Below the pieces are notes generated by a model, which was given only the letters and a program-made list of their open reading frames with translations, was not told where the DNA came from and ran no database searches. A stretch of 64,000 nucleotides of DNA from Candidatus Latescibacterota bacterium (lineage in GTDB: Bacteria > Latescibacterota > UBA2968 > UBA8231), in NCBI GenBank assembly GCA_965242865.1, contig CBDETK010000013.1:448001-512000 (forward strand), read 5' to 3'. Shown here one piece after another: positions 59,749 through 64,000 of this stretch (position 1 is its first letter; each line of letters starts with the position of its first letter). The position numbers and the translations under genes are program-made.

Positions 59749-60400
59749 CTGCGCCCTCGGCGCGGTTTTGGTCGCGGCCTTGGCTTTGGGGGGGGTGGCG
59801 GCCAAGCTGCGCCGCGCCTCCACCTTTGAGGTCGAAGCGAGCGTGGAAAATTTTCGCGCCGCGCCCAACGGCACCAAGCTGGGGACGCTGCTGGCCGGCA
59901 CCCAGATCGAATCCATCGGCGAGGAGGGCCGCTGGGTGCGCTTCCGCGTCGAAGGCTGGGTGTGGGGGCCTTCGTTGGCTGGCTATGCCTCCGAAGAGGA
60001 GCGCGCTGAGCCAGAGGAAGAGCCGGTCCCGCCGCTGCAAGACGAGCGTCCCCGCATCCGGGAGTTGGTCAACGACTATGGGGTGTTCTACGGGGTGGGG
60101 CTAGACGAGGATTTGGGCCGGTTGTGGCTGCGCTTCCGCGTCCGCGATCTGGAGCGCGCAGCGTGGGAGCGGCGCGCCTTTGCCGTGCAGCGCGGCGTCG
60201 CCGACCTGTTGCAGGGCCGCGTTGAGTTCGAGGAAATCCGCATCGAGACCAACCGGCCCGACGGCAGCGGCGAGGTGGGCCGGTACGTGGCCGCGACCGC
60301 GGCAGCCGACTTGGCCCGTGCCGGGAGCGATTGGGCCGCTTGGCGCGACCGCACGCGCTTTTCAACGGACGGGGGCGAAACGTGGGAAGAGGCCGAATAA
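59732..60400 (+). CDS. Exported protein with bacterial SH3-like domain
   Basis: Signal peptide; ENFRAAPNGTKLGTL..G...GRWVRFRVEGWVWGPSL. Confidence 0.65.
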   Translation: MSRLSNCALGAVLVAALALGGVAAKLRRASTFEVEASVENFRAAPNGTKLGTLLAGTQIESIGEEGRWVRFRVEGWVWGPSLAGYASEEERAEPEEEPVPPLQDERPRIRELVNDYGVFYGVGLDEDLGRLWLRFRVRDLERAAWERRAFAVQRGVADLLQGRVEFEEIRIETNRPDGSGEVGRYVAATAAADLARAGSDWAAWRDRTRFSTDGGETWEEAE

Positions 60401-60451
60401 ATGCGCGCCTCTCGCCGCGGCCGCTCCCGGGCGGTGCGCAAGGCTAGTGCC

Positions 60452-61687
60452 ATGTTGGATCTGTACTCGGTAAAGACCCAAATCGACGGCATGGTGGCGG
60501 ACGAGCGCCGCGTCCAAGCGGACTTTCGCGCCAAGCTCGAATTGGCGTTGGCCCAATACCGGCGCTGGCGGCCCGAGTGGGAACGCTTGGCCCGCAAAAT
60601 CGACGACAGCCGCACCTCTTGGCTGTTGCCCGGGTTGAGCGAGGGCCTAGGCGGCGGCATCGACCCGCCGGCCCGCCCGCGCACCATCAGCATCGCGGCC
60701 ACGGACGGCTCGCAAATTTTCCCGGACCGCCACGAGATTTCGGCCTGCTTCCTGATCAATATCGGCTACATCTTGCTGCACTACGGCACCGGCGAGAAGC
60801 CCCTGATGAGCAGCAAGCCGCGGCTCTACTACCGAGCGGAGGAAATCTACGAGGAGTGGGGCGGAGCGCGGGTTTTTGTCAATCGCGAGCTCGTGGGCTT
60901 TAAGCGCGGCCTCATGGAGTTCACCGAGTTGGCCGAGTTGGCGTTGGCCGCCCACGCCGAGGGGCACCGGACGCTCGCGCTTTCCGACGGCACCCTGATT
61001 TTGTGGAACTTGGAGGGCAAGCCGCAGGACTTCCGCGCCGCCCACCTAGAGGCCACGTTGGCGGCCATGGACGAGTTGCGGGCGGCGCGGGTGCCGGTGG
61101 TGGGGTACATCAGCCAGCCGGGGAGCCAAGAATTGATCAACGCCCTCAAGCTGGGCCTGTGCCCGCTCGCCGCGGCCAACTGCGACCGCTGCCCCTACCA
61201 AGAAAAAAACCAACTCCACCTGAGCCGCGACGAGATCGACGCCCTGCAGGGGGATTTGTGGCAGGGCCACGGCTTGCCCTGCAGCCCCCTCGAAGGGCTG
61301 AACGACGCGGTCTTGGTGCGGCGGGTGCTCCGCGCTGGGCAGCGCACCCCGCTCTACCGCAGCGCGTCCAAAATCCTCGCCGAGTACGGGCCGCATCGCA
61401 TCTACTACTTTTACCTGCACGTCGGGGCCGAGATCGGCCGGGTCGAAGTCCCGGAATGGGTGGCGACCGACCGCACGTTGCTCGATTTGGTCCACGCCTG
61501 CTTGTGCGACCAAGCCGAAAAGGGCCAAGGCTATCCGGTCGCCTTGGCCGAGGCGCACGAGCGCGCGGTGGTGCGCAGCGCGGACCGCGAGGCGTTCTAC
61601 CGCTTTTTGCGCGACACCTTTGTCAAAAACGACCTGCAAACCCGCTTGTCAACCAAGAGCTTTAAGAAGCGCTACACCGGCATTTAG
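60452..61687 (+). CDS. nurA: NurA-family nuclease
   Basis: ATDGSQIFPDRHE, LSDGTLI, RVEVPEW, GYPVALAEAHERAVV. Confidence 0.88.
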   Translation: MLDLYSVKTQIDGMVADERRVQADFRAKLELALAQYRRWRPEWERLARKIDDSRTSWLLPGLSEGLGGGIDPPARPRTISIAATDGSQIFPDRHEISACFLINIGYILLHYGTGEKPLMSSKPRLYYRAEEIYEEWGGARVFVNRELVGFKRGLMEFTELAELALAAHAEGHRTLALSDGTLILWNLEGKPQDFRAAHLEATLAAMDELRAARVPVVGYISQPGSQELINALKLGLCPLAAANCDRCPYQEKNQLHLSRDEIDALQGDLWQGHGLPCSPLEGLNDAVLVRRVLRAGQRTPLYRSASKILAEYGPHRIYYFYLHVGAEIGRVEVPEWVATDRTLLDLVHACLCDQAEKGQGYPVALAEAHERAVVRSADREAFYRFLRDTFVKNDLQTRLSTKSFKKRYTGI

Positions 61688-61698
61688 GGGAGGTCCCT

Positions 61699-62355
61699 GT
61701 GGAAACCACTAAGGAGCGCGCGCCCGGCCCGCTGAGCCGCTTTTTGCCCGAGTCCCTGCCTCTGCCCGGCGAGGCCGGGGCCGAGCGGACCCACGTGGGC
61801 GAAGTGGTCGAGAGCAGCACCACCGAGTTGATCGCCCAAGCGTGCGAGCTGCACGGCGCGCCTTCGTTTGGGCAGTTCGTCCGCGTGGAGGCCGAGCAGC
61901 CGGTGGTCGGCATTGTGTTCAATGTCTTTACGCACTCCATCGAGCCAAACCGCCGGCCCACGGCCTACGGCAAGACCGAGGAGGAGCTGCGCCTAGAGCA
62001 GCCGCAAATTTTCGAGTTGTTGCGCACCGAGTTCCAAGCGCTCGTCATCGGCTACCTAAACGGCGATGCGTCCGTGCAGGTCTTGCCGCCGCAGCCGGCG
62101 CGCATCCACAGCTTTGTGTCCTTGTGTTCCGACGAGCAAGTGCGGTCCTTCACCCGCACCGACGACTATCTACGCAGCATCCTCAACACGTCCAAAATCC
62201 CCACTGACGAGCTGGTAATCGCCGTGTTGCGCCACACCGTGCGCGCCCACGCCCACGCGCCGTCCTATCTGGTGCAGGTGGGCAAGGAGCTGTCGCGCCT
62301 GCTCAGCGACGACTACGATCGGCTCAGCTCGATTATCCGACGAGTAGTCAACTGA
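61699..62355 (+). CDS. HAS-barrel domain protein
   Basis: VGEVVESSTTELIAQ...PSFGQFV...PPQPARIH; lies between nurA and herA. Confidence 0.8.
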   Translation: METTKERAPGPLSRFLPESLPLPGEAGAERTHVGEVVESSTTELIAQACELHGAPSFGQFVRVEAEQPVVGIVFNVFTHSIEPNRRPTAYGKTEEELRLEQPQIFELLRTEFQALVIGYLNGDASVQVLPPQPARIHSFVSLCSDEQVRSFTRTDDYLRSILNTSKIPTDELVIAVLRHTVRAHAHAPSYLVQVGKELSRLLSDDYDRLSSIIRRVVN

Positions 62356-62357
62356 CC

Positions 62358-64000
62358 ATGGCAAACTACGCGGCCGGTCGCGGCCAGCAGATCGGGGTGA
62401 TCACCAAAGGCTCGCTGGTCGAGGGGCTGGAGATGAAGCTCGACCCCGAGCAAAACGTCGAGGACATGAAGGCCGGCAAATTCGTGGTCATCGAGGGCGA
62501 CAAAAACGACTTCTTCTCCATGGTCACCGACATGCGCCTCGACGCCAACAACCCAGAAATCCTCCTGCATCCCCCGAGCCAAGAAGACGCGCTCCTGCGC
62601 CAAGTGCTCGCCGGCACCAGCACGTACAACATCGTCTCGCTGCGGCCCATGCTGATGATGCCCCAAGACGCAACGGCCGAAGAAGGCCCGCGCCCGGTCA
62701 AGGCCATTCCGAGCCACTTCTCCGAGGTGCAAGAGGCCATGGCCGACGACGTGGCCAAGATCTTTGGCAGCGAGGGCGACGCCGAGGGCCGCTACTTCAG
62801 CATTGGCCACCCGCTCGACATGGACACGCAGGTCTGCCTCGACATGATCCGCTTTGCCGAGCGTTCCAACGGCATCTTCGGCAAGACCGGCACGGGCAAG
62901 TCCTTCCTGACGCGGCTGGCGTTGTGCGGGCTGATTCACTACGACAAGGCCGTCAACCTAATTTTCGACATGCACAACGAGTACGGGTTCAAGGCCATGA
63001 AGGAAAACGGCTCGACCACGACCTTCGTCAAGGGCCTCAAGCAGCTCTTCGGGGAGCGGGTGGCGATTTTTTCCCTGGACCCGCAATCGACCCGCGCCCG
63101 CGGCGTCCAGCCCGACCACGAGGTCTATATCTCCTACGACCAGATCACGGTTGAAGACATTGCCCCGCTGCAAGACGAACTCAAGCTCAACCCCACGGCC
63201 GTGGAGTCGGCTTACTTGGTATACGCGATTTACAAGGAGCGTTGGCTGAGCACGCTCTTAAAGTTGGAAGGCCCGGACGTGGAAGAGTTTGCCCGCGAGA
63301 TCGGCGCCCACGCCGGGTCGTTGGTGGCGCTGCATCGCAAGCTCAAGCGGCTGGAAAACTTTCCCTTTATGGTCTCCAAGCTAACGGACGGCGACGTGGT
63401 GGACCGCATCATGGAATACCTCGACAAGGGCATCAACGTGGTGCTGGAGTTCGGGCAGCAGACGAGTATGCTGTGCTATTTGCTGGTGGCCAACATCATT
63501 GCGCGGCGCATCCACGAGATGTACGTCAAAAAAAGCGAGCGGTTCTACGCCACCCAGCGGCCCGAAGACCAGCCGCGGCAGCTGATGATCACCATTGAGG
63601 AGGCGCACAAATTCCTCAACCCCCTGGCGGCCAAGCAGACCATCTTCGGCACCATTGCCCGCGAGATGCGCAAGTACTATGTCTCGCTGCTAGTCGTCGA
63701 CCAGCGGCCGTCGAGCATTGACGACGAGGTACTCTCCCAGATCGGCACGCGCATCACCGCCCTGCTCAACGACGAAAAGGACATTCAGGCCGTGCTCACC
63801 GGCGTCAGCGGCACCGAAGGGCTACGCAGCGTGTTGGCCAGCCTCGACTCCAAGCAGCAGGCCCTGATCATCGGCCACGCCGTGCCGATGCCGGTGGTGA
63901 TCAAGACCCGCGACTACGACGCCCAGTTCTACAGCGCGATGGGCTGCTTGGACGATTTGCCGGTTGAGGAGCGGCGGCAAAAGGTGGAGCGGGACGTGGC
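62358..64000 (+). CDS. herA: HerA/FtsK-like ATPase (DUF87), runs off window end
   Basis: Manual translation from ATG 62358: GIFGKTGTGKS Walker A, IFDMHNEYG, ITIEEAHKFL Walker B, AREMRKY, VDQRPS. Confidence 0.88.
   Translation, partial: MANYAAGRGQQIGVITKGSLVEGLEMKLDPEQNVEDMKAGKFVVIEGDKNDFFSMVTDMRLDANNPEILLHPPSQEDALLRQVLAGTSTYNIVSLRPMLMMPQDATAEEGPRPVKAIPSHFSEVQEAMADDVAKIFGSEGDAEGRYFSIGHPLDMDTQVCLDMIRFAERSNGIFGKTGTGKSFLTRLALCGLIHYDKAVNLIFDMHNEYGFKAMKENGSTTTFVKGLKQLFGERVAIFSLDPQSTRARGVQPDHEVYISYDQITVEDIAPLQDELKLNPTAVESAYLVYAIYKERWLSTLLKLEGPDVEEFAREIGAHAGSLVALHRKLKRLENFPFMVSKLTDGDVVDRIMEYLDKGINVVLEFGQQTSMLCYLLVANIIARRIHEMYVKKSERFYATQRPEDQPRQLMITIEEAHKFLNPLAAKQTIFGTIAREMRKYYVSLLVVDQRPSSIDDEVLSQIGTRITALLNDEKDIQAVLTGVSGTEGLRSVLASLDSKQQALIIGHAVPMPVVIKTRDYDAQFYSAMGCLDDLPVEERRQKVERDV

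Noticed and set aside
60452-64000. NurA-HerA as a novel anti-phage system
   Set aside because: Matches the known nurA/HAS-barrel/herA DNA-repair arrangement with host-like composition; no Sir2 or DUF4297 partner is visible

Overview
High-GC bacterial DNA. Tandem ankyrin genes, FlgD/T9SS-type C-terminal domains and large Asp-rich outer-membrane proteins suggest an FCB-group bacterium (Latescibacterota/Gemmatimonadota-like), possibly a marine-sponge symbiont; this is inference only. Bases 1-30 kb are mostly metabolic: a TPP decarboxylase pair, a triple Rid-domain protein, a GHMP kinase, a sigma54-preceded urea uptake/urease cluster (urtA-porin-urtBCDE-ureAB-ureC-ureF-ureG, with ureD upstream, no ureE and plant/fungal-like sequences), purH-like, dapAB, acetamidase, glmU-like and ppk1. 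Bases 30-48 kb are accessory: five ankyrin genes with shuffled repeat modules, a truncated Ser/Thr kinase, a dead/active pair of trypsin-TM-FHA proteins, a VWA protein, a decayed IS110 and three FG-GAP/FlgD paralogues. The IS110 non-coding end reads as a bridge RNA whose guides match a GTCATTCCCGC REP-like element found elsewhere in the window. Bases 48-60 kb hold an uncharacterised envelope module: a TonB-like DUF4159 protein, STAS, discoidin-FlgD, a large OMP, TPR, a lipoprotein, STAS-HATPase and STAS-wHTH. The window ends in nurA/HAS-barrel/herA. No rRNA, tRNA or CRISPR array was seen. All family calls come from motif recognition by eye, not database searches.
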